The position numbers and the translations under genes are program-made. The notes under the pieces were generated by a model. It ran no database searches. It was not told the origin of the DNA and saw only the letters and a program-made list of their open reading frames with translations. A stretch of 64,000 bases of DNA from Octopus sinensis (lineage: Eukaryota). Below, one piece after another: positions 37,762 through 51,796 of the stretch. The DNA lies in contig NC_043003.1 of the NCBI RefSeq assembly GCF_006345805.1, positions 84,382,001-84,446,000 on the forward strand, read 5' to 3'. Within the stretch, counting starts at the first letter, position 1. Every line of letters begins with the position of its first letter.

Positions 37762-37995
37762 GATATAAACACGCACGTGCATTATATGTGTATGTATGCA
37801 ATTTGTATTTGAACACACATGTATATATGCATATGTTAATATATGATTGTGTTTACAAGTGTATCTATGTGCACGTAAGAGTGTGTGTACAATGAAAGAA
37901 GAGAACTGATGAAAAATCTTATCCAACGGAAACTTTGTGAGCAGTAATATTAAACTGACTGAAAAATAATATGAAGATATAAAATAGCATGGTTT

Positions 37996-38027
<32 letters not shown>

Positions 38028-38284
38028 CATATATACATACACATATATACATATATACGCATGCATATATATGTGCATACATCCAATATACACATATATA
38101 TATATACATACACATACATATATATATACACATACACATATATATATACACATACACATATATATATACACACACACATATATATATACACACACACATA
38201 TATATATACACATACACACACATATATATATATATATATACATACACACACATATATATATATATATATATACATGCACACACG

Positions 38285-38326
<42 letters not shown>

Positions 38327-38929
38327 CTATACGTGTGTATGAACGTGTGTATTGTGCATATACCTTTGTGTATGCGTATATACAAGTGTGTGCGCGTGTG
38401 TGATTCGAGAATCTCCAGTTACAAATTTTGGTCTGATTTCTCAAAAGCAGAGATAGATCGATAATTATACTTCCAGAAGTCTGCAACAGTTTTCCTTCTT
38501 CCATAAGGAATATCAATTAAAAAGGAATACGTGTGCGTGCGTGCGCGCATGTGTGTGTTTGTGCATGGGAAGAGAGAGGTGCAGGGAGAGGCGGAGACAA
38601 AGTGACAGAGATTTAGATATTAATATACAGAGATAGAAAGAGACAGACAGAGACAGAGAGTAAAAGAGAAGATCAAGTTTATTCAAAATGTATTACAGAA
38701 GTTTTAACTTTTAATTGATGCTTCCGAATCCCTACCCATTTCATTTCCTTTACATGGGACTATTTGCCGTTTCTCTCATTATGAAAGCTTATTAATTAAT
38801 CAGCCTAATTAAAACAGGTTTTAATCAGTTGTTGAAATTCTGAAATCATTTAGTATTAAGCTACGTCAATCTACTTTCTTGTTTCAATTGAGACCCTCGG
38901 ATATCTACGTATTAAGATTTGAGAAGCCT

Positions 38930-39130
38930 ATGTCGGCGGGCTGGCAGAATAGTTACCGTGCCGGGCAAAATACTTAGTGGCACTTTGTCCGTGTGTACGT
39001 TCGGAGTTCAAATGCCGCCCAGGTCGACTTTGCGTTTTATCCTCCGGGATCGATAAAATAAGTACCAACTGAACTCTCCTTACCTATTCCTCCGAAATTG
39101 CTGGCTTCGTGCCAAAATTTTAAATCAATA
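38930..39130 (+). mobile_element. SINE family B
   Basis: GGCGGGCTGGCAGAA head...AGGTCGACTTTGCG...AAATTGCTGGCTTCGTGCCAAAATTT. Confidence 0.75.
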
Positions 39131-40944
39131 TCTGAGAAACGTAGATTTGTATGTACTTTGTGTATGTGCGTGTATGTATATGTTTAAGTGTGTATATAAG
39201 TATATTTACAAATGTTTGTGTGTATGTGTGTGTGTGTGCGTTCGTAAGATGGAGCGCGTGCGCGCACGTGTGTTTGAGCTTCTATAAATTTTATTTATTA
39301 TTCTCGAAAGAATTTCACGAAGACTACATATTTAAAAAAGACACAACATGCACATACTTAGAATTTATATTTATTAATAATTGAATAGCTTACAATTTTA
39401 CGAGTGTCTCCATGTGCTGTATCTTTGAAAAATGATGTATTGAAGCACTCTTACATATCTAGAATCCTTAATTAGATATATCTTCATCACCTTAATGAAC
39501 AAACCCAAGGAGGTAACTAGGAGGGCAGAACAGAACGAAGCATCACCTTTCATGTCAAAATATCCTCTACTAATTATGTTGTATACCTTTTCTTTCGTTT
39601 GTACACTCAAGAGAGTGTGAGTGTGTGTGTATAAAAACAAGGTAGTATGTGATGTGAGAACTCAGTACGTGATATGAAGTATTGTAAACTTCATTGTCAA
39701 TGAATATCGCAGCGTGCTATTTAAGTTTCCTCGTTTCCTAAAGCAACCAATGATACGAAATGGTATTCCAGAAGCGAATATACATGGAAAAAACGCGTTG
39801 GCAGTAAACAAAGCTTGGGGATGTAATTTCTCCTTCGATTGGTTAAGAACGATGGATGTCTTTTTGTTTCAATCTACCGAATGGAAGTTTTTTAATGACT
39901 ACTTGACTTCTGACAAACTCTGACGGCTTTATCTAATCAAATCCTTAAAACAAAATGTAGACTTAGTGGAACTTGAAATCAAATGTGAAGAACCAATAAA
40001 TACATATGTTGCAAATCTAGTTATATTAAGTGATACGAGATTTGTTTTTGGTACTTCTGAACATTGCTAAATTAGATACACATTCTTACCCGTAACTTCG
40101 AATACAGACGACTGCAACTAGCCTTTATCAATTTACTACTAACTTTCATGAATTGGCTCGTAGCAGAGCTGTATATTTCTAGGGAATTTTGCAAAACAAG
40201 TTAACATAAATCACAGCACAGTAATAAGAAATCAGAAAGGCAAAATCGCAAAACAGCTTATTCTGAATAGTCGAGACAGCTTCATCTAGAACACTGGAAT
40301 AAGATTATTTCGTAATCGATCACTTCTCTAGATGTGGCCATGTTTCTAATGTATGATCGAATAGAGCTAATGTAGGTTATTCAACCCGAGATAAGCATTT
40401 ATGATCCATGAATCAAGAGGTCGGTATTTTATCGATTTGGTTAACGATTTAGTATGATATAAGGAAACCACGAATTAAGAAACCCCGCCCATTGTTATAT
40501 GGTAGTTACGCAAAATCTGTATCGCAATAAATCAAGTCTGAGTTATGCTTATGGATTCTTTTGAAAAACTATTTAACTTTACATCTATTGTTAATGCCCT
40601 TCGGAATATCATGAATAGCATGAACAACATACAACTCCATGTCTCTAACTCAAATAAACGTTGTGAATAACACACATTCTCATATGTCTAATTCAAATAA
40701 ACATAGTGCCGTCAAGAAGAAAAAGCTCAAAGTAAATCGAAACTTTTCGCTCGGTCGTCAATTCCTTTTTAAGCTCCTTAGCTTCAATTACGTCGCAACA
40801 TATTACTTGAAAAAATTATTTGGAAAGGCATTTTTGTTACAATACCCAATTTGCTTCCGTGCCGATGTACCAATATTATCTAAAACAGCTGAACTATCGA
40901 TCATGATAGGAAAGTTCAAAGGTAATTTTAAATAGTTTAATTAC

Positions 40945-41179
40945 CATGAGCAAGTGTAGTAGCTGATATTTCGGGTTTTTGCCCTTCGTCTGAGCATGAG
41001 AAGCAGAGATAACTGGTGCCCTCATTCTGTCTTTTTTTGTGTGTATGTCTTTTGCCGATGTCAATCGGTGAAGGCCACCACCAGCGACAAGAAAACCAGT
41101 AAAATCCTGTGCTTTTCGAACTAAGTCCTTTGTGATATTTGTTCTGCAGGGAGCCACAGATGCTCCTTTGTCATTCTTT
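40945..41179 (-). CDS. Candidate internal exon (235 bp, phase 2 to 0), product unknown
   Basis: Acceptor CATTGCATCTTTGACAG and donor ATG|GTAATT enclose 78 open codons (KNDKGASVAPCRTN...KNPKYQLLHLLM). GC is higher than the flanks. No recognisable domain. Confidence 0.35.
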
Positions 41180-42360
41180 CTGTCAAAGATGCAATGTATC
41201 AATGATTAGTTCATTTGAAACCTGCAGCTTACGACGGCACTATTATTCAAGAAGTAAGACATAAAATGAATAGAAAATTAAATAAACACACACACAACTT
41301 CTAATCAATCAGATTCTGTTCTATGATTTTGTTAACCGATAACCTTGTGCAGTTTGCTACCATATGTCAGCCACATTTGCTATATACATATATATATATA
41401 TATCACCAACACAAAAGAAGCCAACCAACGTTTATTTGCTGAAATTATAATCAACTCCACAGAGTATTATCTACTTACAGGAACTGTAAAGCTACCATTC
41501 TTTATTAATCACCGACATTTGAAAGTTTGCCAAAATGGACAACGTACATTGGTTCCAATGTATAAGTTAAATCTTGGCTTACATGTATGTTACTGGTGGT
41601 GATGGTGGTGGCGATACTGGTGACGGTGGTGGTCGTGGTGATACTGGTGATGGCGGAGATGTTTGAGGTGGTAGCGACAAAGATAATGACTGTGGTCGGG
41701 GGATAAAGTGGCGGTGGTCGAAATAGTGGAAATTAATGGTGGTGGTGGCAGCGACAACGATGATGTCTGTGTTAGTGAGAGTAAGATGGCGGTTGTGGAG
41801 CTATTGGTACTAAATAGTGGTGGTGGGATAAGGTGGTAGTGGTGCTGGTGCTGGTGGAAGCGGCAAAGTTAATGGTTGTGATGGTGGCGGTCATGAGGTG
41901 AAACTGAGGCGATGTCGGGGGAGGGCGAAATATAGTAAATGGTGGCGGCGGTGCTGGTTGTAGCGACAATTGTAGTAATGAAGCCTAGTGAAGGTGGGGA
42001 GTGGGGGTTGTGGTGTTGGGGAGTGATGAAGGGGGGAGCGATGATGGCGGGAGCAGTGATTGCGGCCATGAAAATGGTAGCAGTTAGTGTAAGTGGTCAT
42101 GACATTCGTAGTGGTTGTGGCAGTAATCGTTTAGATAGTAATGGAGGGAGTAATTTGTGATCGTGATAGTTCTGTTAACTGTAGTGGTAGGCAGAGGTAG
42201 TAGTGGAGGAGATGGTGGTAATGGTAGTATTAATAGTAATGGTGGTAGTATTGGTAGTGATTAAGGTGGTAGCACTGGTCGTAGTGGTGGCGTTGATAAA
42301 GAAGGTATCAGCCCGTGGTCGTTACAGTTGTGATTGCGGTGGTGGTGGTAGGTGTTGGAA

Positions 42361-42406
<46 letters not shown>

Positions 42407-43004
42407 GGGGGTCGAGGTGACGATGGACAATAATCCTGATGGTGCGGTTGTTTATTGGTCTTATTTTGCCCCAGGTCGGTTCTGACTAAACAAAGCGCAA
42501 GATCAAAAGTGTTCCATCCACGACTAACCCCTCTTACCTTCAGATTTCGAAGAATACTATCATTGACCAATGTGTCATGCATTAAGACAGTAGGGTATGA
42601 TTTGTAAAACAATACCCCAGCTATTTCTAGCAGATCGAGTTTAATATAGAGGTTCCGTCGTTGGCTCTTATTTGTGTGATTGGTGATTGTAAAGTTGAGC
42701 AGTGGTGCTGTGATGGTAGTGATGGAAGTGTCGTTGCTGTTGTTGTTGATGGTAGTAGTGATGCTTTTGGTGGTGGAGGGGGGATGGTTGTGGTTTTAGT
42801 GATTATAGTTGTGACAGTGGTGATAATTGTGTTGGTTACGTCAGACGCAGGTAATCTGTGTTTTATGAAAACAGGTCTGGGGTTAAAACAAGAACTAGTT
42901 GAAATAGTGGTTCCAAATTTTGGCACAAGGTCATTTAATTTCGAAGGGGTGGGTAAGACGATTACATTGACCCTAGTGATCAATCTGTGCTTATTTTATT
43001 GAAA

Positions 43005-43122
43005 CCCAAAGGATACAAGACAAAGTCAACCTCGGCGGAATTTGAACTCAGAACTTGAAGACGGACGAAATGCAATTAAACATTTTGCCAGGCTTGCTAA
43101 GGATTCTGCCAGCTCGCCTTCT
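43005..43122 (-). mobile_element. SINE family B, 5' half
   Basis: AAAGTCAACCTCGGCGGAATTTGAACTCAGAAC...TTCTGCCAGCTCGCC. Confidence 0.75.
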
Positions 43123-43217
43123 TAACTAGTAGAAATAATAGTGCTATGTAATACTCTGAGTAAAGACGGGAGAAAAACTGAGAAGAAGAAAAGAAAGAGA
43201 AGACAGAGAAATGAAAT

Positions 43218-43435
43218 ACTCTCTTTACTCTTTACTCTTTTACTTGTTTCAGTCATTTGACTGCGGCCATGCTGGAGCACCGCCTTTAGTCGAGCAAATC
43301 GACCCCGGGACTTATTCTTTGTAAGCCCAGTACTTATTCTATCGGTCTCTTTTGCCGAACCGCTAAGTGACGGGGACGTAAACACACCAGCATCGGTTGT
43401 CAAGCAATGCTAGGGGGACAAACACATACACACAA

Positions 43436-43466
<31 letters not shown>

Positions 43467-43627
43467 CATATATACGACAGGCTTCTTTCAGTTTCCGTCT
43501 ACCAAATCCACTCACAAGGCATTGGTCGGCCCGGGGCTATAGCAGAAGACACTTGCCCAAGGTGCCACGCAGTGGGACTGAACCCGGAACCATGTGGTTG
43601 GTTAGCAAGCTACTTACCACACAGCCA
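43218..43627 (-). mobile_element. Near full-length SINE family A
   Basis: Reverse complement of the 31090 copy, with very few differences. Confidence 0.9.
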
Positions 43628-43684
43628 GAGAGAAAAATATCAAAACCAGTTAAAATTCATAATTATTTCTACTATAGATACAAG

Positions 43685-44257
43685 ACCTGAAATTTTAGGA
43701 GAGGAGCCTAGTCGATTGCATCAACCCTAGTTTTCAACTGGTACTCATCTTATCGACCTCCAAAGGATGAAAGGCAAAGTCGACCACGGCAGAATTTGAA
43801 CTCGGAACGTGAAGATGGATGAAATGCTGCTGTATATTTTAGCAGGCGTGTTAACAACTTTACCAGCTTACCACCTTAATAATAATACTAGTTTCAAATT
43901 TAGCACGCGGCCAGCAATTTCAGGGAGGGGTTCTGTCGATTACATCGACCCCAGTGTTTAAATGGTACTTATTTTATCGACCCCGAAAGGATGAAAGGCA
44001 AAGTCGACCTCAGCGGAATTTGAACTCCGAACATAAAGACGGGCGAAATACCTATTTCTTTACTACCCACAAGGGGCTAAACGCAGAGAGGACAAACAAG
44101 GACAGACAAACGGATTAAATCGATAATATCGATCCCAGTGCGTAACTGGTACTTATTTTATCGACCCCGAAAGGATGAAAGGCAAAGTCGACCTCGGCGG
44201 AATTTGAACTCAGCTAACGGTTGAACGGTGCTAACGGTTCTGCCAGCTCACTGCCAA
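43685..44257 (-). mobile_element. SINE-B monomer (43685-43880) followed by a B2/B1 dimer (43885-44257)
   Basis: Three B domains; dimer junction at 44052/44053. Confidence 0.8.
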
Positions 44258-45280
44258 CATAATAATAATAATAATAATAATAATAATATAATAATAATAA
44301 TATTAGTAATAAATAAATAAATGAATAAATAAAAAAATATATCAATATTTGTAAAGCTTATGTATTTTGTAAACCATTATGGTTGAATGACGGCTTTAAG
44401 AAATTGCAGATGGAAACATCATCAAAAACAGCAGCAGTAGTAGTAGTAGCAGCAGCAACAGGAGCAACAGCAACAAATATAATAACAGCAAGTGGTAGAG
44501 GAGTAACAAATAATTACAAATGTACAAGGATTTGATTAGCTTTTCTTCTTTTTCCTTTCCATCTAGTTCTTTTTCTTTTCTTCTTCATCTTCTCAAATGC
44601 AGCAGATCAGATTAAAAAGTCAACTCCAAGTGAACCGCATTTGATTGATTTGCATTTGATATAGGAAAATATGTTTCGAGAAAAATGTAGAACACCAAGT
44701 AGTAGCTGCACTACTATTACTACTACTAATAATAATAATGATAATAATAATAATAAGCTCAAGGAAATTAATAAACACAGTAATCATCCCAATAGGCAAC
44801 AAACAAAACTAAAAGCCACGTGGTCACGTGATGTACTTCTAGAAGATTTTTTTTTTTGTTTCAATGTAATGTTTTAAAGTCCACATAGGACGTCAGATTT
44901 CTTTTGACCTACGTTTAAAATCGAAGGTGAAAAGAGGTGAGGTATCAGATAATGTTAATAAATGAACATGTGGAAGAATTAAGAAACCTGGAAGCGTATT
45001 AACGATAGAAAAGAAGAAGATCTCGTGAGGACTCGAAGCATTAATTTTCAAGGCTTTATATAGGCGCCACGTATTTGTAAGGAAGTGGATTGAGGACGAG
45101 GGAAACAGAAAGTTAGGATATGAAGCCCTCTTCAAAGGTATTAACGTTGTAATTGAATACTATATTTTCAACAAATAAGCTTAATTATCTGCATTTGCCT
45201 AACCCTTGCTGGCCTTGTACCAAAATTTGAAACCATTAGTGAGAAACATCAGTTTTGGTAATTTAATTTAGTTTCAAGCC

Positions 45281-45396
<116 letters not shown>

Positions 45397-45628
45397 GTGT
45401 GTGTGTGTGTGTGTGCGTGTTTGTACGTGCCTGCGTGTATATGTATATATATATATAGTTATTAGTGACAAATACACTATTAATACAAAAATGTAATATT
45501 TATCCCTATTAAAAAGTGGAAGCTGTGTTAAAACAGAATACTGCAATAGTTATCATAAGAAAATCTCTCATATGGGCTTTTGGTGTTAACATATATATAT
45601 ATATATATATATATATACCCATGCATAC

Positions 45629-45874
45629 ATAGATGTTAGCAGAAAGCTGATAATCAATGAAAAAGAGAACATTTTTGCTGAACTATTTAGAAATCTGCAG
45701 TTACTCTATCCAGGTTACAATTTCAGGTTTATACCTGTAACTATTTAGGCCCTGGAATATGTAACACACTGCCTAACAACCAATCTTGAGAAAATAGGCT
45801 TCTCAAAACCAGAAAGGAGAAGGCTAATTCGAAGACTACAGATCCAATCTATCACTAGAACTGTAAAAATCTGT
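45629..45874 (+). mobile_element. C-terminal fragment of an REL-endonuclease non-LTR element (R4/Hero-like)
   Basis: [38 protein letters not shown]...[13 protein letters not shown] matches the K..Y..L...P...GALG...LQ...GT pattern. One stop at 45746. Flanked by (TA)n and (TG)n. Confidence 0.55.
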
Positions 45875-45879
45875 GTGTG

Positions 45880-45959
45880 TGTGTGTGTGTGTGCATAAGC
45901 CTGTGTATAAATATATGTGTATAAATATATGTGTATATATATATATGTATATATATATG

Positions 45960-45997
<38 letters not shown>

Positions 45998-46890
45998 TGT
46001 ATGTAATATATGTATGTATATATATATGTATATATATATGTATGTATATATATGTAGTATATATATGTATAATATATATGTATATATATATATGTATATA
46101 TATGTATTATATATATATATATATATGTATATATTATATGTATGTATATATGTATATATAATATGTATGTATATATATATATATGTATGTATATATATAT
46201 ATTATATATATGTATATATAATATATGTATATATATATATGTATATATATATATGTATATATATGTATGTTATATATATGTATATATATATATGTATATA
46301 TATATATGTATATATATGTGTATATATATATAGTATATATATATGTATATATATATGTATGTATATATATGTATATATATATATGTGTATATATATGTGT
46401 ATATATATGTATATATATATGTATATATATGTGTATATATATGTATATATATATATATATGTATATATATGTGTATATATATGTATATATATATATATGT
46501 GTATATATGTGTATATATATGTATATATATATATATATGTGTGTATATATATGTGTATATATATATATGTGTATATATATGTGTATATATATGTATATAT
46601 ATATATATATGTGTATATATATGTGTATATATATGTATATATATATATATATGTGTATATATATGTGTATATATATGTATATATATATATATATGTGTAT
46701 ATATATGTGTATATATATGTATATGTATATATATATATATGTACGCACACGCGTGCGCGTCCACACACACAGACAAGCACAAATAGATGCATAAATAGAA
46801 CCTGCATATAGAAAGGCATACAAATAACTATACATACATACATACATACATACATACATACATACATACTACATACATACATACATACAT
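45880..46890. repeat. (TA)/(TATG)/(TACA) compound microsatellite
   Basis: Direct inspection. It is the source of the spurious 312-aa ORF. Confidence 0.95.
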
Positions 46891-46969
46891 ACAAGTGTAA
46901 CTACAAATTTATACATCAAACAATGATATTTGGAGAGAATATTAATTTTTTCCTATTAACTGATTGCAT

Positions 46970-48300
46970 TTTCATCGACGTCGTCGTCATTATCATCATC
47001 ATCATCGTTAATCAGCTGTCCTCGTGGATGTCATAATTACCATCAAAAAGGTTATCACATGATGTCTAGATGGCAACGCTGATTGTAAAACTGATATTTG
47101 GTTACGTCACATTTTATCCTGAGCTCAAATCCGCCCGTTTCCCCCTTTGCCTTTTCTTCTTCCAAGGTCAATAGAATAAGTACTGGGATCGATATTGCAT
47201 CCTATTCTGAAAAGGCTATACTACAGCGTGGCCGCGATTCAATGACTGAAACCAGTAAAAGAATACAGTTAACATGTATCGAAATCCTCGTATTTGATCA
47301 AATTCTTCACCATTTTGTCAAAGTCAATAACGTCGCCATCAACCTCATCTCAGCAATCATTATCAATCATTCTGTTCATCATCAGTCATTCATCTTGGTC
47401 ATTATCAACCACCACCGTAACAGTTCTCCATCGTCTTATGCGTAATCATCAAACATTTTAAGCCATCATTGTCTTCTTAACCAAGATTAACTGTCACTTT
47501 AGCATTAATAATCAGTCAATTAAATCATCAGTCATTGTTACATGCATGCTCATTATCTCTTAACAATCGTCAGTCATTATCGTTGTCGTCATCATATTTT
47601 ATTTTAGTCGTCAATAAACATCTTAGTTATCATTAATCCTCACAGTAGTCATCTATATTATTAGGTGTCAAGATATGTTAGCTTTCGTCAATCGTCATCT
47701 TAGTCCCCATCATCCACCAACATCAGTCATTTTAACAATCTACAATATTTTATCTTCGACTTCATTGCCTGACATCAATCATCATCTTAGTCGTTATTAA
47801 TCGTCATTTTACTCATCATTCACTATGTTTGTCATAATCGATAATAGTCTTCATTATCTTCATCTGTAATCTTAGCAATTATCACCTCTCATCTTAATCA
47901 TCAAAATCTGATGTCTTAACAAGAATCATAAACTGAGTCCCCATCAATCATCACCTTATTCATCCTGATCTTAATCGTCAATAAATATCGTACGAACCAA
48001 CAATCATCAGTTGCTTTCTTTACAAGTGTCAGCCATAATCTTAGCCATCATTAATCATCGTCGTCTGTTATGTTATTCATTAATCGTCATATTAGTCATC
48101 ATCATCTGACAACTTACTATCATTGCTATCACGTCGCGGACATACTAGTCATAAACTCTCATCAAATGCATCACTAATCGTCGTATTAGTCATCATTAAC
48201 CATCATCTTTGTAACCATCAGCCATCTAACAACCATTATTCAAAATCTGTCATTTAAATCATTGGTTTCTAAGTAATCATATTTTAGCCTTCACCACTAT
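46970..48300. repeat. Degenerate (ATC)n-derived tract with recurrent ATCTTAGTC/ATCATC motifs
   Basis: Direct inspection. It contains a hybrid SINE fragment at ~47100-47270. Confidence 0.75.
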
Positions 48301-49079
48301 GAAACATAATTCTCAAAGTGCTATTTGTGGACATGGTGGGTGGCAGTGAGAGTGATGGTCGTAGTAGTGGTTGTGATAATGATGGTGGTGGTTCAGGTGG
48401 TGGTGGTGGTTGTGATAGTAATGATAGCGATGGTTGAGGTGAAGATGGTGATGATGATGTCGATGAAGACGGGGCAAAAGGTGGTAGCGTTGATCATGCT
48501 CTGTTGCTTTAAGTCAATCTTGATGAAGCCAACCCCTGAACAAAGACATTCTTACCATGACCACCCGCCATTTGATGGATATGTAATGGATCATCTGATG
48601 AAGACTTGGCAGCTATTTCTAGCGAGTCGAGTGGCCAAATAATAACCACCTACGTTGGGCTGTGAGTGGTGATGTTTGTAGCAGTATTGATAGTGATGGT
48701 GACGGTAATAGTGGCGGAGATAGTAGAGGTAAAGGGGACCGTGACAGGGTAGTGGTGTTAGTGGTGGAGGCAGTAATTATGATAGTGGTGGTGGTAGTGT
48801 AGGGGTGACGATGATGGTAATAACGTTAGTAGTGGTGGTGGTGTCGGTGAAGATGGTACCGCTGTTGGTATTGATGATGCTGATAGGGGGTATAGTTGTA
48901 GTGGTGATGGCGACAGTAGTGGTAGCAGTGGTGATGGTGGTAGTATAGTATAGGTTGTTGTAGCAGTGGTGACGCTAGTGGTAATAATCGATTTGTGAAA
49001 TCAGAGTAGCGGTGAGAGATATATGTAGAAGCAAGGTGGTGGGTTTTACGTCACTAAAATATTCATGCATGTTATGTTA

Positions 49080-49900
49080 GTGACTTCGCCACCACCAGCA
49101 ACAGCGGTAGCAACAGTAGCAGCAGTAGCAGCAATGTCGCTGGCACTACCAATATACCAACAGCAGGAGTGACAGCAAAGCCAATGACAACATAACAACA
49201 GCAGCAGCAGCAGCAAAAAGAAAAATTACTGCTGTAACAATAAAAATAGTCATACCCGTAACAGCAGCATCAATAATGACAGTAGTTATGGCAGCAGGTC
49301 GTCAATGTCAAAAGCCATAACATTACAAGAGCTGAACCACAGTTGTCAAGGCAGAAGCAGCGACAACAACGGTCGTCATAGTAGCAGAGACATTTGCAAC
49401 TGTAATCATAGCAATATGAGCATTAGTGACAATGGTCGTCATAGCAGCTCAGCGTCAATGACAGTGGTCATACAGCAGTAGCGTCAATGACAGTAGTCAT
49501 AGCAACAGCAGCATAACAACAAAGGTTGTCATAGCAGCTCAACGTCAAATGACAGTAGTCATATGGCAATAGCGTCAAGGACAATAGCCATAACAGCAGC
49601 AGTAACTTTTGTCTTCGCCGCTCAGCGTCAGTGAAAGGAGTTACAGCAACAGCAGCGCCAACTATAGTAAATAGGTGTATTGTCCACGACAGTTACACCT
49701 GCGCTTTAACTAACGCCGGGCAGCAGTCACAGCTGCGTCATAGCTGCTGTGACGCCAACGGCATTCATGGTTGCAACAACAGTGTCAAGGACTGTATACA
49801 TAGGTGCTTACGTCAACGATAGAAGCCAATGCTGCGTCAACGTCAACGGCTATATCATAGCAAAAATAGTAGCAACGTGAAAGAGAGTAATCATAACTTT
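49080..49900. repeat. Degenerate (GCA)-derived minisatellite, ~27-30 bp unit (CATAGCAGCAGCGTCAATGACAGTAGT)
   Basis: Repeated AGCGTCAATGACAGT motifs at ~49450-49580. Confidence 0.7.
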
Positions 49901-50049
49901 AACAACATCTACAGCGGTAGTTGTATTAGTGGTAATAATAATAATCCTTTCTACTATAGGCACAAGGCCAGAAATTCTGGGAGGAGGGACTAATCGACTA
50001 CATCGACCTCAGAACAACTCAACTGGCACTTATTGAATGGTAACAATAA

Positions 50050-50265
50050 CATTTTCTTCTATTGGCACAAGGCCTGAAATTTTCGGGAAGGAGGTTAATC
50101 GATTACATCCGTCCCAGTGTTTGTCTGTTTTATATTGTTACGACTTTGAAAGTATGTAAAGCAAAGTCGACCTCTGCGGAATTTGAACTCAGAACGTAAA
50201 GACAGACGAAATACCGCTAAGCATTTCGCATAGCGTGCAAACGATTCTGTCACCTTACCACCCTA
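50050..50265 (-). mobile_element. SINE family B
   Basis: GGCACAAGGCCTGAAATTTT...GCAAAGTCGACCTCTGCGGAATTTGAACTC...AAATACCGCTAAGCATTTCG. Confidence 0.8.
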
Positions 50266-50506
50266 AATAATTTCAGGCCTTGTGCATATAGGCCAAAGCC
50301 CTGAAATTTGTTAGGAGGGAACATGAATACTAAATAACAACACATATATCATCGATTGTAGCGATACCTAAGATACAATAAACTTCATAAATCGCACCAA
50401 CAAAATAGGTAATGGGGTTGGCAACAGAAAATATAAAATGACCCTATGATAGCTACACCTCAGTCACTGACATAACAGAGCAAAACAAGGAGAGAAAAAA
50501 AACAGT

Positions 50507-50722
50507 ATTACTCTTTTACTCGTTTCATTCAGTTGACTGTGGCCATGCTGGAGCACCACCTTTAGTCGAGCAAATCAACCCTAGGTCTTATTCTTTGTAA
50601 GCCTAGTACTTATTCTATCGTCTCTTTTGCCGAACTGCTAAGTTACGGGGACGTACACACACCAGCATCGGTTGTCAAGCGATGTTGGGGGGACAAACAC
50701 ACACACACACACACACACACAT

Positions 50723-50799
<77 letters not shown>

Positions 50800-50985
50800 A
50801 TATATATATATATATATACATATATACGACGGCTTCTTTCAGTTTCCGTCTACCAAATCCACTCACAAGGCTTTGCTCGACCCGAGGCTATAGTAGAAGA
50901 CACTTGCTGAAGGTGCCACGCAGTGGGACTGAACCCGGAAACAATTGGGTTCGTAAGCAAGCTACTTACCACACAGCCACTCCTG
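50507..50985 (-). mobile_element. Full-length SINE family A with an expanded internal microsatellite
   Basis: Head ACACAGCCACTCCTG and tail TTACTCTTTTACTCGTTTC. Confidence 0.9.
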
Positions 50986-51322
50986 ACAACAGTCATAACA
51001 TATCGATAGTAGTAACGGAACATCAACAAATACATAACAGACACAACATTCACAGACACACGCAGTCATATACACACAGTCATACATACATACATACATA
51101 CATACACGAAAACTGGAGAGATGGTTCTGAAATTATATTATTACGTCATATCCAATTTTCAATTTTTTTTTTTTCATGTGTACTCAGTGATCTTTGTAGT
51201 ATTTGAGAACAGCAGAAGGAAATATCAACTACCATACACGAGTTATTCCACAGCATTCTCTTTTGATGTATACTGATATACATGGTGTCCGATATACCGA
51301 TTATATGTCATGCAATGTGAAT

Positions 51323-51367
<45 letters not shown>

Positions 51368-51590
51368 GTACGTAAACATAAGCATATGTATACATGCAAG
51401 TATTGATGGATGATGGATGGATGTATATACACACGCTGAAAACAAAAGTGGTTTGTTCATAAATTATTAACAGTTATGTCATCTTGTACGTGTTTCAGCG
51501 GAGATAATGGACAAATTATGCAGTCTGGACAAGGCGTTTTCTAGCTTGTCACACCCTCACCGATTCATGCGCGCGCACGCACACACAGTT

Positions 51591-51633
<43 letters not shown>

Positions 51634-51796
51634 TACAGAACGTCACCAGCAGTGCAAATAACATGAAATACGTACACAAACGAGAAAATAAAATGGAAAA
51701 CAGGACCAGTAAACAGAGAAAGTACCATTCATCAGTTGGCTGCCCATCTAGTCCTTATTTCGAGCTTTCAACGATACACACTCATATATATACATA

